From Squalus acanthias (taxonomy: Eukaryota): a stretch of 64,000 nucleotides of DNA. This document shows positions 9,106 through 23,349 of this stretch, piece by piece. Positions within the stretch are counted from its first letter, which is position 1. Each line of letters begins with the position of its first letter. Both the position numbers and the translations under genes were made by a program. Location of the stretch: contig CM059448.1 of assembly GCA_030390025.1 (NCBI GenBank), positions 6,386,001 to 6,450,000 on the forward strand. The letters are read 5' to 3'. The notes under the pieces were generated by a model that made no database searches, was not told the DNA's origin, and saw only the letters and a list, made by a program, of their open reading frames with translations.

Positions 9106-11699
9106 GCTTGAGAGTCCTCTGCAGACTCTTGCCATATGATTCCCAGTGCATGTTTTCGAATGTCATTAGTAGTGACATGGAAGAAGATTGTCCACCCATT
9201 GTGTGGCCTGGAAGGACAATAAAGGGATTGACTTCCTTGCAAATAAAGTGAGGAATCCCATTTGTAAAATGGCTTTCTTTCCTGGATCATCATCTGTCCC
9301 CTTTGATCAGCTCAGGAATAATTGAAAACTTGGCTTGAGGCTGTATTCCTGCTGCTGCAGTCCCTGATTTTTGCTCCTTGTGTTGTAGCTGCACAGATAA
9401 AATGCTTGCAAGAACTGTTGTAATTTTTTCTTCATGTGATCTGTTCCAGTGGAGAAAATCTGACACAGAAATAATTGGTCTTGGTTTAGCCATAGTTTGT
9501 TAATCGAAGGGTTGTGGTTATTTTGGATCAGTAGTCAGTAATGCTGATTGTCATGTCACCATGATTTCCTTGACTCTTGTGTAACCACTGGCACTCCACT
9601 CAGTTTGCCTGCATAATGACTTTTTACTCCTAAAATGTTATTCTTTGGAACGAAATGCACTCGAACAAAATTAAAGGATCTGGTGGGATTGAGATTTCAA
9701 ATGGCAAGGACAGATTTGCTTATCTGTCAACTGTCAATATTGCAATTCAATTGCACGATCAATTTGGTGTGAAAAAAATGACATTGAAGTCTTCATTACA
9801 GTCACTGCACTATATCAAGTAATTCTCCCCATGTGTACGTGCAAGCTATGCATGCATAATTACTTTTCCAAAGTAGACTTGTTCTAAAGATGCTAATTTT
9901 CTAAGGGAATGATTTCAGTAATGCACAGTTTGTCTTGCGATGCACCTCACCATTCAATCTCGGGTTGCTGTAGTCTCAGCGCGTAGGAAGGAAATGAGCT
10001 GTTTCAGTACACAAACTGTGTGTTATTAATAACAGTCTCTATTGGAAAGAATTAAAGTCACTGAGCCCAACATTCCTGGAGTGGGGAGGGCTCAACAGCA
10101 GTGCAATTGGGGCAGATGAGGCAGAATTTGGAACAGGACCCACTTCTGCAAGGTTGTGCCAGAAGCGTGGGTCGGTGCTTCTTGCATCTTTAAGAGTGGT
10201 CAGCTTACTTTGTTCTGGTGACAGTTGACACCCACTTTTTCATGAGTTCTGTGAACTGTCACTGGATTTGCTGTAACCAGTGGTTTAGAAAAAAACTAAA
10301 CTTGGAGTGACTGTCACTGGGAGGCCAGTCTGGCATTGCTGTATCCTGCTGTGTAATGTTCAATATTTACCATCCACAGTAGGCTGATTCCCAATAATGA
10401 CTTGCCACAAGTTTTGTTGTGTTAAATAATGGTAAACTATTTCATTTCACCAGCTAGTAAACTAGTAAAACTGCTTTTACAGCAGTTAACAGATTAATCA
10501 TTACAGATGAGATTTTAGATAAGCAGAACATACTGAATGATATCATCTGCATTTGTAATACAGTTCAAGTGCAGCTCTATAGCATGATCAATCAATAACA
10601 TTGAGAGCATAAGAAAAGTCAGTAACAAAATAAAAGCCATTTAGCCTATTGAAGCTTATCCTTCTAGTAGCCAAACTCCGATTGGGGTATCGTCTGCATT
10701 TAAAAAGTCCCTTTTTTTTTGTCTCGGATATCCAGCAAAAAAAAAGTCTGGCCTAATCTGCAAAGTAGTAGCCTATAATGTAAGTGCTGTGCCAGAGTGT
10801 TAAGGCACTCGGTGTTTCCATCAGCCGCATAGTGAGGTAGTCACCTCCACCAACCGGGACAGCGCTTTCCCACTGCAAGAGAAGAAATCAAAGATCAGTT
10901 AGCTGAGGCTGCCGTGCGCATCTCCCCAATGGCTGGTAGAAAGTGTGAGCGAGAGATTCACACGAAGAATAGAACACAAATAGGCAGAGAGGGAGACAAA
11001 GTAGTAGTGTGGAAGATGAGCAAAGAGGCAATTATATCAAGGTTGTTTTTGTATGAGCAATGCCATGGTAGGTTAACGAGTATATAAAGTACCAGTGCAG
11101 GGAATCAGAAGTTTCTTAATTCACAGTATTCCATGACATAAAGGTATAGCTGGTTCATTTTCTTTTTAATGCAATTATTGGAGCGTTGATTATATTTTTC
11201 AGGGAATAAAATAATATCATTCTGCAACATCCCTATTTCTTTCTCAAATTACTGTGATCCTTTAAGGGCTGGAAAATCCACTTGTCCTGTTTCTATTCTG
11301 TTATTTTCTTTTAAAAAATCTGTCATTTTTTCCACTTTGTATTCCAGTTCATGCTGACTGAACTCTGGCTGTTTGCACGGATAGGCTATGCTTAACATCT
11401 GTGACTCCTAATGATGCCACTCCTTCCACTTACTTCTAACCATATGATTTCATTTTTAAAATTCTCCTTCACCCCTGTACTGTGTCTTGGTTTTGTTTGT
11501 CAGCCCACATTTTGCTGCCGTCTGTTGCCATACTTTCCAGCACGGCCATTAGTGGTGTTCCCCAATCGACTAATACGAGCTGTGCTTCTGTGGGATGAAA
11601 CTAGTTCCGTCAGTTAGGCACAGTAATTATTCAACAGCCTGGTTAAAAGCTGGAGGCAGTGACACAATTAAGAACATTTGAATATAGGCAGGACTAGAA

Positions 11700-12360
11700 T
11701 GTGAACCCTCAAGGTTGGGAGTTCCACACTCTGCACCCCTTTGGTATTTTTTCCAAGTGGCCATTGTTCATGTGTGAGCTGTGACGGTGAGTGTCGCTAG
11801 GCTTCTTGTTTCAAGCCGATTCTGTCAAATGCACTTGCAGAGAGTTTGGTGCATGTCGGGCAAGCAGTTTGACAATTTAGACATCGTGGAGGGGTCGAGA
11901 GAAGAAGTAGTGAGGTAGAGCTACGTGTCGTCAGCATACATGTGGAAACTCCTTAAAACCTACTTCTTTGACCAAGCTTTTGGTCACCTGCCCTAATTTA
12001 TCCTTATGTGGATCGACGTCAAATTTTTTGTCTTAAAATACTTCTGTAAAGCGTCTTGGGACGTTTTACTGCGTTAAAGGCGCTATATATTGTTATATAG
12101 TACCTTTCATAACCTCAGGACATCCCAAAGCGCTTTACAGTCAATTAAGTACTTTTGAAGTGTAGTCACTGTTGTAATGTAGGAAACATAGCAGGTCTAG
12201 CAGCATCTGTGGAGCGAACAGATGAACGAACATTTTGGATGTAAACCCTTTGTTAAAACTATTTTGAGGAAGGATCAACACCAGAAAAATGAACTCCTCT
12301 GTTCTCTCCACAGACGCTGCCTAACCTGCTATGTGTTTCCAACATTTTCTATTTTTATTC
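11700..12360. mobile_element. Cluster: LF-SINE-like fragment, L2 pieces in opposite orientations, DeuSINE tail, degenerate inverted Penelope pLTR pair (about 12180-12360)
   Basis: Minus strand near 11950->11910 encodes SFHMYADDT*LYL (RT YADD) and abuts a plus-strand L2 tail (11950-12090). GCAGCATCTGTGGAG...CTCCACAGACGCTGC inverted repeat. Confidence 0.6.
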
Positions 12361-13629
12361 CATGTCCTATAGCGTTTTGGGGCATTAATACGCCTAATAA
12401 TATGCTCTGTTCTGTTCGTGTTTTAAACCTGATTGGTTAGGTCAATTTTTCACATTTCTATTGTGTATAAATTCCAAAGCTGGCTGGTGCAAAAAGCAGA
12501 ACTTTTATTTCTGCTTCAAAATAATAGAGATTAGAGTTTGTAAAATCCTCGATGTAATTTGTACCTTTTCCTGGATTAAATGCAGTGTAATTGCCTGTAG
12601 GTTATGGTCGTCTTCAGAGCATTTCCTGCTATCAGTGTGACATTCTCATTTCTTCATTTACAGTCACTAACGGTAATTTTGAATGACTACAGTTTTTTGT
12701 GTTAACCCATGCAAACTGCCATAGGAAAAATACCTTATCTGATTGGGTTTCAAACTTGACTTTCAGGAAAGAAAGGACCATGCCAGCCAGTTTCCATTTT
12801 CTATACAGCAGTGTTGAATTAAACTCATTCAGGGGGGGATTGGGTTGTGCAGCATATTGACCTCCAGGCATATACAGTGCTGAAAATGGCTCTGTTGGTT
12901 GAAAGATTCATACTTTGGGAGGCTCAACCAGTTACTTCAGAGAGCAGCTATACCTCCCTCTGGCACTAAATCACATTCAATTCAGCAGTAAAGAGAAATC
13001 TCAGAAGATTATGGTGTGGGAATGGAGTGGAGAGATGTCACACTGATGTAGTAAGCGATGATGATCAACTGAGGTTGCATTTGAAGTATTCTAGGGACAG
13101 AGGTTTGTGCCTTTATTTTATTAGGCATCAGTCCAGCCTGATAAACAGCTTTGTTTTGTTCTTGCTGTCTGATTTTTGAACTGCTTGTGGTCTGTTCTGC
13201 TCTGGGTTCCTCTGAAACATGGAAGGCCACTGTGCATATGTATCTGAGATTTTTTTTGAGGAAACAAAGTATGTGGAGCCCATTTCTCCCAGCAATACAC
13301 TTATTATTAGCAAGAATCAACTAATTTGAAGGGGATGGATGGGTTTGTACCTGTGTAGGTGGTTTTGAGTGCACAGTGTGATTGGTTTCTGAGAGACTGT
13401 GCCAGTTCCATTTGTTTACTGGAGTCGCATAGCTCTTTCTGGCTTCACACTACTTATTTCAAATTGCATCGCTGGAAGCAAAACCTATCAGTTGGCTGCT
13501 TTGTAGCAGAATTTTTGCTCCAAATTCACAACAACATGAATCTAGTGTGATAATTCTAGTATAGCAAAGGCACAACTCTATTGAACCTGTGTTATACCTG
13601 ACCATGGGGTTGCTTGTAGCTGATGTTAG

Positions 13630-14391
13630 AGCTGCAAATCCTAGCCATCGGCCCCTGTCTGAGGCCGAACCACACCGTTCGCAACTGTGGTGTCCTAATT
13701 GACCCTGCGATGAGCTTCCGACCACATATTCGCTCCATCATAAAAAGAATGCCTACTTCCACCTCCATAACATTCCCCCATCGCCGACCCTGCCTCAGCA
13801 CATCTGATGCTGAACACCTCATCCATGCCTTTGTTACCTCCAGACTTGACTATTCCAATGCACTCCTGGCCAGCCTCCCATTTTCCGCCCACCATAAACT
13901 TGAGCTCATCCAAAACTCTGCTGTCTGTGTCCTAACTCGCACCAAGCCTGTTTACCTAACACCCCTGTGCTCGCTGACCTATATTGGCTCCCGGTCCGAC
14001 AATGCCTTGATTAAAAAATTCTCATCCTTGTTTTCAAATCCCTCTATGGCCTCTCGCCGCTTCCTATCTTTGTAACCTCCTCCAGGCCTAAAACCCTCCA
14101 AGATCTCTGCGGTCCTCCAATTCTGGCCCTTTGCACATCACTGATTTTAATCACTCAATCATTGGCAGCTGTGCCTTCAGCTGCCTCGGCCCTAAGCTCT
14201 GGAATTACCTCCCTAAACCTATCTGTCTCTCACGCTCTCTCGTTTAAGATGCTCCTTAAATCCTACCTCCTTTGTCCTAATATCTCCTTATGTGGCTTGG
14301 TGTCAAACTTTGTTTAATAATGCTCCTGTGAAGTGCCTTGGGATGTTTTACTACATTAAACGCGCTATATAAATGCAGGTTCTTATTGTTG
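13630..14391 (+). mobile_element. L2 LINE 3' fragment
   Basis: ORF with LIHAFVTSRLDYSNALL and LELIQNSA. Tail GCGCTATATAAATGCAGGTTCTTATTGTTG. Confidence 0.88.
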
Positions 14392-15706
14392 CAAATGAGG
14401 AAAACACAATACTGATTCTCCTTGCGTTGATTAGTGCAAAGCATTCCCAGAAAGAGAAAAAAACTGAGTTCACAATACTTGTCCACTAAAATCAGTTGGT
14501 TAAGTAAAGGTGTGGCGATGGTCAGTGAGACTGGCCTGTTAGATCAATGAATTAATTTCAATGGAAACATAGTCATTGTACAGTTGGACCAGTAAACTTT
14601 GTATAGGTTGAAAAAAAAAGTTCCTCTTCTCAACGCGCACAAAAATCAGTAGGTTCATTCTTAGTTTTTAATGTGAAGAAGTGTGTCTCTGATATTTTCA
14701 TTGCTTCGTGATTTTGCAGTCTTAATTATATTAAGATTTTCTGTTCCTTGCAAAACTACATAAAACGTTAATTGACTTTCATGTTGGGAAAGAAAGATGT
14801 ACATACTTTGTGTAAAAGTGCATTTATTGCACCACAGTTTTTAACAGGTAATTGGGTATAATCATATTTGCATGCTAGCTATAACCTGAAACTGATACCA
14901 CAGATACTTATTTAGGGTATCTTTAAACTAGTTACATACATATCAATGCACAAATTTTTTAATTAATTTCTTCTCAAAACATAAAATCAACCGTTGGAAG
15001 ACATTGAGCAGAGATCAAGCACTTAGTTGCAGGAAGGAAGAGGAGAATAAAAGAAAAAGAACTGCCCCAGAGTGTTCCTGTATACTGTACCACCTTTCTG
15101 TGAGTTAGTTTAGTTGCCACCTCCTCGTGGCTGAGGAATAGTGCACGAAAAACTGAAGAATAAGGCAAAACATAAATAACTTGAAAACGGGAGGAGGGGG
15201 GAGAAATGGTGCGGCATTCTTTAGCTGATTTTTCAGTATCAAAAATAACATCTTTTCTCTTAAAAAGTGCAACATTATGTAAAATTTGCATGTTAAGCTG
15301 TGCTACCTCTCCATGTTCCTTCACTATTTTTTGGAATAAACAAAAATCTTAAATGTGTTTTTGTTTCGGTATTTAGATATTGCAGTCCTGAAAGACTATG
15401 CCCTTTCTTTCAGTTAATGTGCTCAGTGTTGCGTAAATACTGCCAACAGCTCAGGAGTGTGGTTGTTGGCATGTTTTTGCAGACGTTCAATGAGATCCTG
15501 TCACGCGCCATTAGTTAATGCTGTTTTGGTTGGGGCTAAGCTATATTCGAATGATTCATCTTATATCTCAGTGAAGAAAACAAGAAGCAAATTAACGTTG
15601 CATATATATTGGTGTGTTGGAACACTACTGTTGCTATGCTTTTTCTGCAGCTTTAAGTTTAATCTCTCATCTGCACTTGTAAATCACTTTGTTTATCTTC
15701 CCTTAG

Positions 15707-15907
<201 letters not shown>

Positions 15908-16039
15908 TAGCTGTTGTTTGTCTATCCCATGGAACCAAAGCTGTGTAGTGATAGTACTGTTCGAGTTTGGATTCTGACTCGAGCGGTCCAGTCAGACTCC
16001 CAGATTCAATTTTCATGAGTCTGGTACTGGATTCAAGTT

Positions 16040-16893
16040 AGGAACATGAGTAGGCCATTTAGCCCCTCGAGCCTGTTCCGCCATTCAGTGAGATCATGGC
16101 TGATCTGTGACCTAACTCCACATACAGTAAACTCTTTCGTATCCGGCACCTATGGGACCGGGATGATGCCGGTTGATTAAAAATTCCGGATAACGGAGAG
16201 GTATACCTACCAAGGTACGAGAGCCCCGTTACACAGGTGCAGGAGTCCCTGTTACACGGCCACAGGTACAGGAGCCCCGGTTACACGGCCACAGGTGCAG
16301 GAACCTCGGTTACATGGCCACAGGTACAGGGGACCTGGTTACATGGCCGCAGGTACAAGGGACCCGGTTACACAACCAGATGTGCAGGAGCCATGGTTAC
16401 ACGGCAAAAGGTACGAGAACCCCAGTTACACAGCCACAAATATGCAGTAAAACTTACCTTTGGGTTCCTGAACCTACTCCTGAATTTTGCCGGTTATTAG
16501 AGAATTCCGGATAATTAGGTGCCGTTTAAACGAGAGTTTACTGTACCTGCCTTTGCCCCATATCCCTTAATACCTTTGATAACAAAAATCTATCAATCTC
16601 AGATTTAAAATTAACAATTGATCTAGCATCAGTTGCTGTTTGCAGAATAGTTCCAAACTTCTACCACCCTTTGTGTGTAGAAGTGTTTCCTAATTTCACT
16701 CCTGAACGGTCTGGCTCTAATTTTTAGACTATGCCCCCTAGTCCTAGAATCCCCAACCAGCGGAAATAGTTTCTCTCTATCTACCCTATCTAGTCCCCTT
16801 AATATCTTGAAAACTTCGATCAAATCACCCCTTAAATGTCTAAATTCCAGGGAATATAACCCTAGTTTGTGTAATCACTCCTCGTAATTTAAC
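16040..16893 (-). mobile_element. CR1 LINE 3' fragment interrupted by a DNA transposon
   Basis: ORF 16629-16823 IEVFKILRGLDRVDREKLFPLV..KHFYTQRVVEVWN. Same subfamily tail as 7379-7827. Confidence 0.88.
16125..16543. mobile_element. Non-autonomous Tc1/mariner-superfamily (Tigger/pogo-like) MITE with an internal 29-bp tandem array
   Basis: TA|CAGTAAACTCT ... AGAGTTTACTG|TA terminal inverted repeats with TA duplication. Removing the element restores the CR1 tail (CTCCACATA/CCTGCCTTTGCCCC). Confidence 0.85.
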
Positions 16894-18246
16894 AAGTTAG
16901 CTTGTAATGGTGAACCCTGTGGTATGTATTTTCTAAATATGCTAGTGACATCTAGAGGTACCATCTTTTATTTATATTGTCATGTTGCCCAATTTCATTC
17001 TTTGATTGGACATTACTGGCACTTGGAGGTTGGGTTAGATTTAATACTGATATAGTTTATACCTGCTGTCTGCACGGCTCATATGTTTTGTTTCTTCCTT
17101 TCAGTTCCCCACTTGCATGGCTTATGCGATGCACAGGACCCCATTTAAAAAGTTCTTGGGACAATCCTATGGATGCTTTTATAATAACCTATGTTGCTTT
17201 CCAGAGTACTTGCCAAATCACAAATAGTAAACATGGTAATAAATTTATTACACTGAAAATATGGATCTTTAATATGTGCAAATGCCTACTTGGTGTTTAA
17301 TCTTTGCCACTGTCATTTTCAAAGCAGTGAGTGTTGCTTTGTTGCAGTACTGATGCCCAATCTCTTATTGGTAGCTGCAAGAGATTTTGAGGCTGTATGA
17401 TTTACACAAATGAAACACTGCAGAAGTAGCAGATGAATACTGCTCACCTTGACTGATCAGCTCAGTTTTGTGATCAATATGATGAATGGAAGGTAGTTTC
17501 TGGCAAGCACATTTAATTGAGATATGTAGGTCAGATTCCTGTATTTCCATAGCCGCCACCACCTTCACTCGTTGCACTCTTGGTAAAGCATATACAGAGC
17601 TGAAGTTAATGGGCATTCAGGAGTAAATATTCTCGAAGTTCAGCCATTTTCACTGTTTTAATATGTTGACTGCCAAGATTACCTATTTAAAAAAAACACA
17701 TGGCTTTCCTTATTTCACAGTTTATCGTGCATTTTTAACTTGTTGCAGTAAATGTAATAAAATTACCATTAATCTAGTTGTATTTCTCACCCTGACTTAT
17801 TTTTTTAAATCTGTTATATGTTGTGTAATATATTTTTCACAGCAAAAAAGCGGCCAATACAATTGAGGATTTTACTGAATTGTGATCTCTTTTATGGCCT
17901 TCTTCCCAAAGTAGTGGGATGCAGCACAAGAAATATACACTACCCTCTGATTTTCTTCGAATTAATATGTTGTGTGCCTCTGTGTTAAAGTTTTGGTGGA
18001 TGGTTTTATTCACGCATGCTTGGAATTTGGCTACTAGAAGCTGTTAGCACCTTCTTATACACAACTTCAGCAGTGTCTGATACACGGTTGAAGAAATGAA
18101 TAACTTTCTTGAGAAAAACAAAAAAAAGAGACTTGAAAGTTTCTACTGTGCCCTGTTACAACAATAGAAGGACTAAGCTATTGGCAATACTTCAGTTTTT
18201 TCCTCTATACATTATTTCAATTATGATTTTGTGCTTTTCATTTTAG

Positions 18247-18288
18247 GAGCTTCAACACGAGAACATTGTAGCACTTTATGATGTTCAG
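18247..18288 (+). CDS. ULK2: ULK2 exon 3 (ELQHENIVALYDVQ)
   Basis: TTTTAG| ... CAG|GTAAGA, 42 nt. Confidence 0.96.
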
Positions 18289-18949
18289 GTAAGATGCTTT
18301 GTCACTTGCAGTAATAATTAATTAACCTTTCAAAAAGAATTTATTATAGCTATCATTTCAAGTCAAAACTAGCTAAATATACAAATTATTTAAAGTGGGT
18401 GTACCTAAGAGTTACTTCATTTGTCTCTTATGGACATGGGTTAATTTGATTTTACTACTTGAAGTTTCTGTACTCCACTAAAATAATAAAAGTTTGTTAT
18501 TTAAAGGAAGAGAAACATTTCGTGTTTATTTTTTAGGGATGTGTTTTCTCTAAAATACAGAACCAGTGTTAACAATGTGTACCGTTAACTAGGTTTGTTG
18601 CGTCAGTGTTTTACTGCCAGAGCACGAGATCAGGATAATACCAGATGCTTTAGCAGAAGATGTGCACGTGAATTCTCTGTCTAATTATATTTTGTCTGAT
18701 GTGAACTTTGATCACTGACCCAGAGGTTACCTCATTCAGTTCTGGTTATAAAACATTGCTTGTACTTCAGCATTTTGATATAAATTACACTACCTATACT
18801 ATCCTTATTGAAGTGAAACAGAGTGCAGAACTTGTTTTTAAAACTCTTCTAAAGAATTGGACATCAACAACCTGAACACAGCAAACTGCATTGTCACAGA
18901 TGAAGCTGTTTGCTTTGTTGTGACTTACTCCATATTATTTGCTGAAAAA

Positions 18950-19560
18950 ATAACAAACTTTGAATGACGCACGCCATTATTAATGAGCAAATCAGTCAGC
19001 AACTTGTTGCGAGGAAGAGATACCCTGTGAATTGCGTATCGCCACAAGTTTCTGGATCTCGCCCATAACCTTCCCACGAGTTTCATGAAGTTGCTGCATT
19101 TGTAAATTAATTACCAATTAAACTCACCACAGAAAGTTGTCTAGTAATTAACGGCGCAAATACCCTTTTAACGACATGATAATTGTTAATGACTGTTAAT
19201 CAAGCTCTCTGGCCTAGAAAGTGAACAATTAAAAGTATGGAGTCTTCAAGTAGTGAATTGTTGTTGGAGATTTAAAAAATATTAAATTAAAGAAAAATTC
19301 TTGCATTTTATTTCTCTTTATTTTCCCTCTTTATTTCTTTCTGTACCTGATTTGACATTGAATTTGCCCATTCTAATTCAATCTCCTTCTCAGTCCTTCC
19401 GCTGTTTATTTCTCAATCCTTAAATCTCATTGGTTAAGGAGATACACTGTTGGTCCTGTCGTTCACCAAGGTCTCACCTCGCTGCACCATTATCTGCTCA
19501 CACTTCCAGGACAAATTTTTTTTGAGTCGGTACAGCACGACCAAATGATCTGTCCCAATA
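18950..19560. mobile_element. Unclassified degenerate interspersed repeat (probably a DNA transposon derivative); possibly related piece at about 37150-37290
   Basis: Locally raised CpG content and partial similarity between 19470-19560 and 37150-37290. No clear TIR pair. Confidence 0.3.
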
Positions 19561-21306
19561 ATAGTGTGCCTCAACTGTAGCCTCAAAAACACTAGACGTT
19601 AATTTAATCTTGGGCTAGACCCCCATATATTGTAACCACATCCATGTGAGCAAACCTGTAGAGCAGAAACACCCACAGGTTTGGGCTGATATTTTTGCAA
19701 CATTTTACATGTACTCGATTGAAAAGGGTGGAATATAATCAGAAGTTGGGAGGATGTGGTCTTCTAGGTAGCAATTAGATCAGTATTATGGACTACTAAC
19801 TAACGTAACGTGCTTCTATTGTGATATCATCAGGGTTGTTTGACATTCTTTATTCTGATGTGTTTTTAGTGTGAAAAACATGACTTCAGGATTTTAAATT
19901 GTGAACCTCCACATTAAAGTAATGGTAAATAGTTTTTGAGTTGAATAACTTAATAATTGGTGCTTGTAAAATAAATAAACTTTAGGTGAAGAGTTGTGGT
20001 GTAAATGGTCTCTGTGTGTGTGTGACGATGGAGGGATCGAATGCTATCGCACAGTACTTGAGATGGACATTTTGTTTTGATGCTTTGTATTTGTGTGACT
20101 ACCTTGAATGTTCCCAAACTTTGAAATGCAGCTACCAAAATCAGCTATTACAGATGTCGATGTATGCAGGTACTGATCTAGAAGTGTGATTGACCATAAA
20201 AATCAGAAGAAACAATTGTGGTCAAAAAGGCTACCTGAGCTGCTAGATCCACAGTGTTGGTGTTGTGAAGTGGTAAACCTGGTGGTCACCCACATTGCAG
20301 GAGATGATAAATTGTGGCAATTACCATGATAAAAGCAGCAGGGTATAATTCTTTGAATATAGATGAGTTCTTTGAAACAGAATGGAGAACCTGAACAAAG
20401 TCCTGTTTTTAATGTTGCTTTACGTACTTTTTCAATCTATTAGCAAAAGGTAGTTGTTATATTTCTATACAAATTTTGGTTGAGTGTTAAGCTTCCAGCC
20501 CCTTGATGGCCAAGAACTGCAGTTTCCCACTGGGTTGCTGGATGGAGTTATTCACAGCAGAGTGCTCCATCTGACAACAGATGGAGATGTTTACAAATGG
20601 GCCAGAACAGTACCTGCTGTTGAGTAGCTACACAAGGCATAAAATTGGCTGCGGAGGAGTTTTGCCATGACTGCAGGAAGTAGTAGTCAGGATCTGAAGG
20701 GAATAAGTAAAACATGATTATATAAGCCTTTCCCCTTCCTTTCTTTGCTAGCTGGAAACAACATTCTTAAGAGTATTGGGAAGGAAAATTACAGAAGTGA
20801 TATTTTTTTTCCTCCTTTCTTTCATTCCCCCACCAGTTCATCTGCTAAAGTAAACTGCACTATGCGTTTGCAGAAATGAAAGTTCATGCTGGATGCCAAA
20901 GCAAAATTGCTGTTGTGGTTTTTCAGAAGGCAGGAATTTCAGCATTGTTTATGCTTGCTTGCTTCTCAGGCTCTGACATACCAGAAATTGGGTAATGCAC
21001 TGTCTAAAATATTAATCTGTCAGTGTGGGAACAAAAAAATTGCAGTAGATTTTTTTGTAGTTGATCCACTTAACTGCTTCAGTTTGGCTTTTACAATCCT
21101 GTGCGCCACACAGTTCATGCTGGATGATGACCAATAACATGGCTGCTTTGTATTATTTTCCAAGAGGAGGATGTTGAGGAAAGAAACTGCTGCATGTTAA
21201 ATAGAAAATAATGGACACTGGGGAATTATTCCAATGCAGTAATCTAATTGAGGGGGGTTCAGTTCTTTTTAATGTAATATTAGCTGACCCCTGTGGCATT
21301 GATCAT

Positions 21307-21920
21307 GGGTAGTCTGTGGGTCTGGAGCATAGTCTTGTGCTGTTTAACTGCTAAGATGGAGCTGTGTCTAGCCTGTTCTATCCTTTTAAGGCTACAGCTC
21401 AGGCACTCCCTGTGGCGGGGGGAGTGATTTCAGTAGGCAGATCCTGAAGTCAACCAGAGACTAGTTGTTGAGAGAAGTTTGTGTAGATTGTCAAAACAAA
21501 ACTTCCAGCACCAATCCTTGGCAGAGTCCAGATTATCAAAAGGTAAAAAGAAAATCGGGAAATGACTCGTGTTCTTTTTATTAATGTACCCTTTGATTTT
21601 ATTTGAAGTGTAATGGGCATGCACTGGATGTAAAACTTTTTTTAATGCATGTTAGCAGATCTCTTGTGTCTTTCTGGGTAGTCTGGGATTTGGAGCATTG
21701 TTATAATGTTTAGCTGCTAGCCTGATAACTTTAAGGCCACTGCCCAGGTTCTCCTTGTGGGATAATGGTCTAAATGGATCCTGAGGTCAATTAAAGGCTA
21801 TTGTTGTTGGAAGCAGCAGCTACTTGGGTCCTTGGTTTATCACAACCACCTCTCCATGTTATCTCAAGATCAGACAATTAGCAGAAAGTGGCAGGATTTA
21901 TTTCTCATTTTATATGCTTT
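21307..21920 (+). repeat. Degenerate tandem duplication, period about 370 bp
   Basis: GGGTAGTCTG..TGGAGCAT..TTTAAGGC..GATCCTGA(A/G)GTCAA occurs in the same order at about 21307-21480 and 21676-21815. Confidence 0.65.
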
Positions 21921-22576
21921 TTTTGGTCCACTTTTTACAGTTGTGAAAAAGACGATCATTATGGAGGACCCTTTACTCTAATAATTTTTTCTAAAATTCT
22001 GTTTACCTACAGTGTAACACTTGGCTCATGAATTTGAGACTCTAATGCTGCTCAACTGCACAGTATATAACAAAACTGGCGTTAGAAAATAATCTCGCGG
22101 TTTCTTCCAATTTGCAAAATTCAATCCACAAATGTTTTGGCGTTACAGATACGGTGAGGTTCTTGGGCATTTTATTATAGTGCAGCAACAGAGTTGGTAT
22201 AATATAAGTGTATATTGCCGTCAGTTGATTTTTGTAGTTTTTTTCAGTAATATAGATGAATTTGTTTCATTCAGCAACTAGCTCACATTTCAGGTATGGT
22301 CAGAGTTGCTTTTAAAGTAATGTTCTTTATGCATTCAGATGCTGTAGCTGGTTTAAAAAAAATTATAAATGCTTTCTTAAATATAAGAAAGGAGTTTCGT
22401 TTTCCAATATTTTTGGCAAATATTGACCGTTTTTGTATTGACATGGCAGGTCATCCTGGCAGATGAAAATCATCCAGTTTGTCCTGGGTTCTGAGTGCAA
22501 ATGTACTTGAACTCAGTGAAAGAATTTGAACAGTTGCGAGTTCATTGTAACTAGAATTTTGATGTGGTTTGGAACA

Positions 22577-22825
22577 CAGATTTACAAACTAGGGTCCCTG
22601 AGTCCTAGGGAGTCTGAGGGGATCCCAGGAGGTCACTAAATTTCTCAGAGGTCTGTATTTGTTGACTTACTAGAATGTTAGTACTGTTGTATACTAATAT
22701 ATAAATGATTTTTGCCATGATAGTTTTCCTCTGACTAGCTGACACTGGCTTTGGAAGTTAGCACAGGGGTCCCTAGGAGTACATTAATATTTGCTGGAGC
22801 ACCCTTTTAAGTTTGAAAACCACTG
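22577..22825. mobile_element. Possible old hAT/Charlie-type MITE
   Basis: Right end AAGTTTGAAAACCACTG, degenerate left end CAGATTTACAAACT, repeated GGGTCC subterminal motifs. Confidence 0.35.
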
Positions 22826-23349
22826 TTTTAGAAGAGGACTAGCAATGAACTAAGATTGATTTGCAAAGTGTCCGTCCAGTAATTTCCCACATGGCGAGTT
22901 CCCAGTTCCAGTTGGGACCAGTTGCCGTTTTAATTTTGCTTTTCAACTCATATCAATTCTGTTGAATTCGAAGAAGGCATTACACACTTTTGTTTGATGT
23001 ACACAGTATATTTAAAGTGCAACAATGTTTTAGACATTATTTTAATTGTGTTGAATTGTAGTGTCTGTCTATGCAACAGGGCTCTTTACCCAAAAATAGC
23101 ATGTGCTTTTTAAAAACAACTTTCAGAGCACAGCTTGCATTCAGCTATATGAAATCCTTTAGGGCCTTGAATACTTCAATAACATCACACCTAGGCCTTC
23201 TCTTCTCCGGTGTAAAAATTTCCAGCTTCTGCAGCCTCTCCTAACTCAGGTATCTAATCTCGGCTTACAATTTAGTTGTCCTTTGCTACACGCTGTCCAG
23301 TGCCTGGATTAATTTCTCATGAGTATCCAGAATTGTATACAGTACTATA

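Noticed and set aside
16210-16445. CRISPR-like 29-bp repeats
   Set aside because: Units are directly adjacent with no unique spacers, sit inside a MITE, and the context is eukaryotic with no cas genes.
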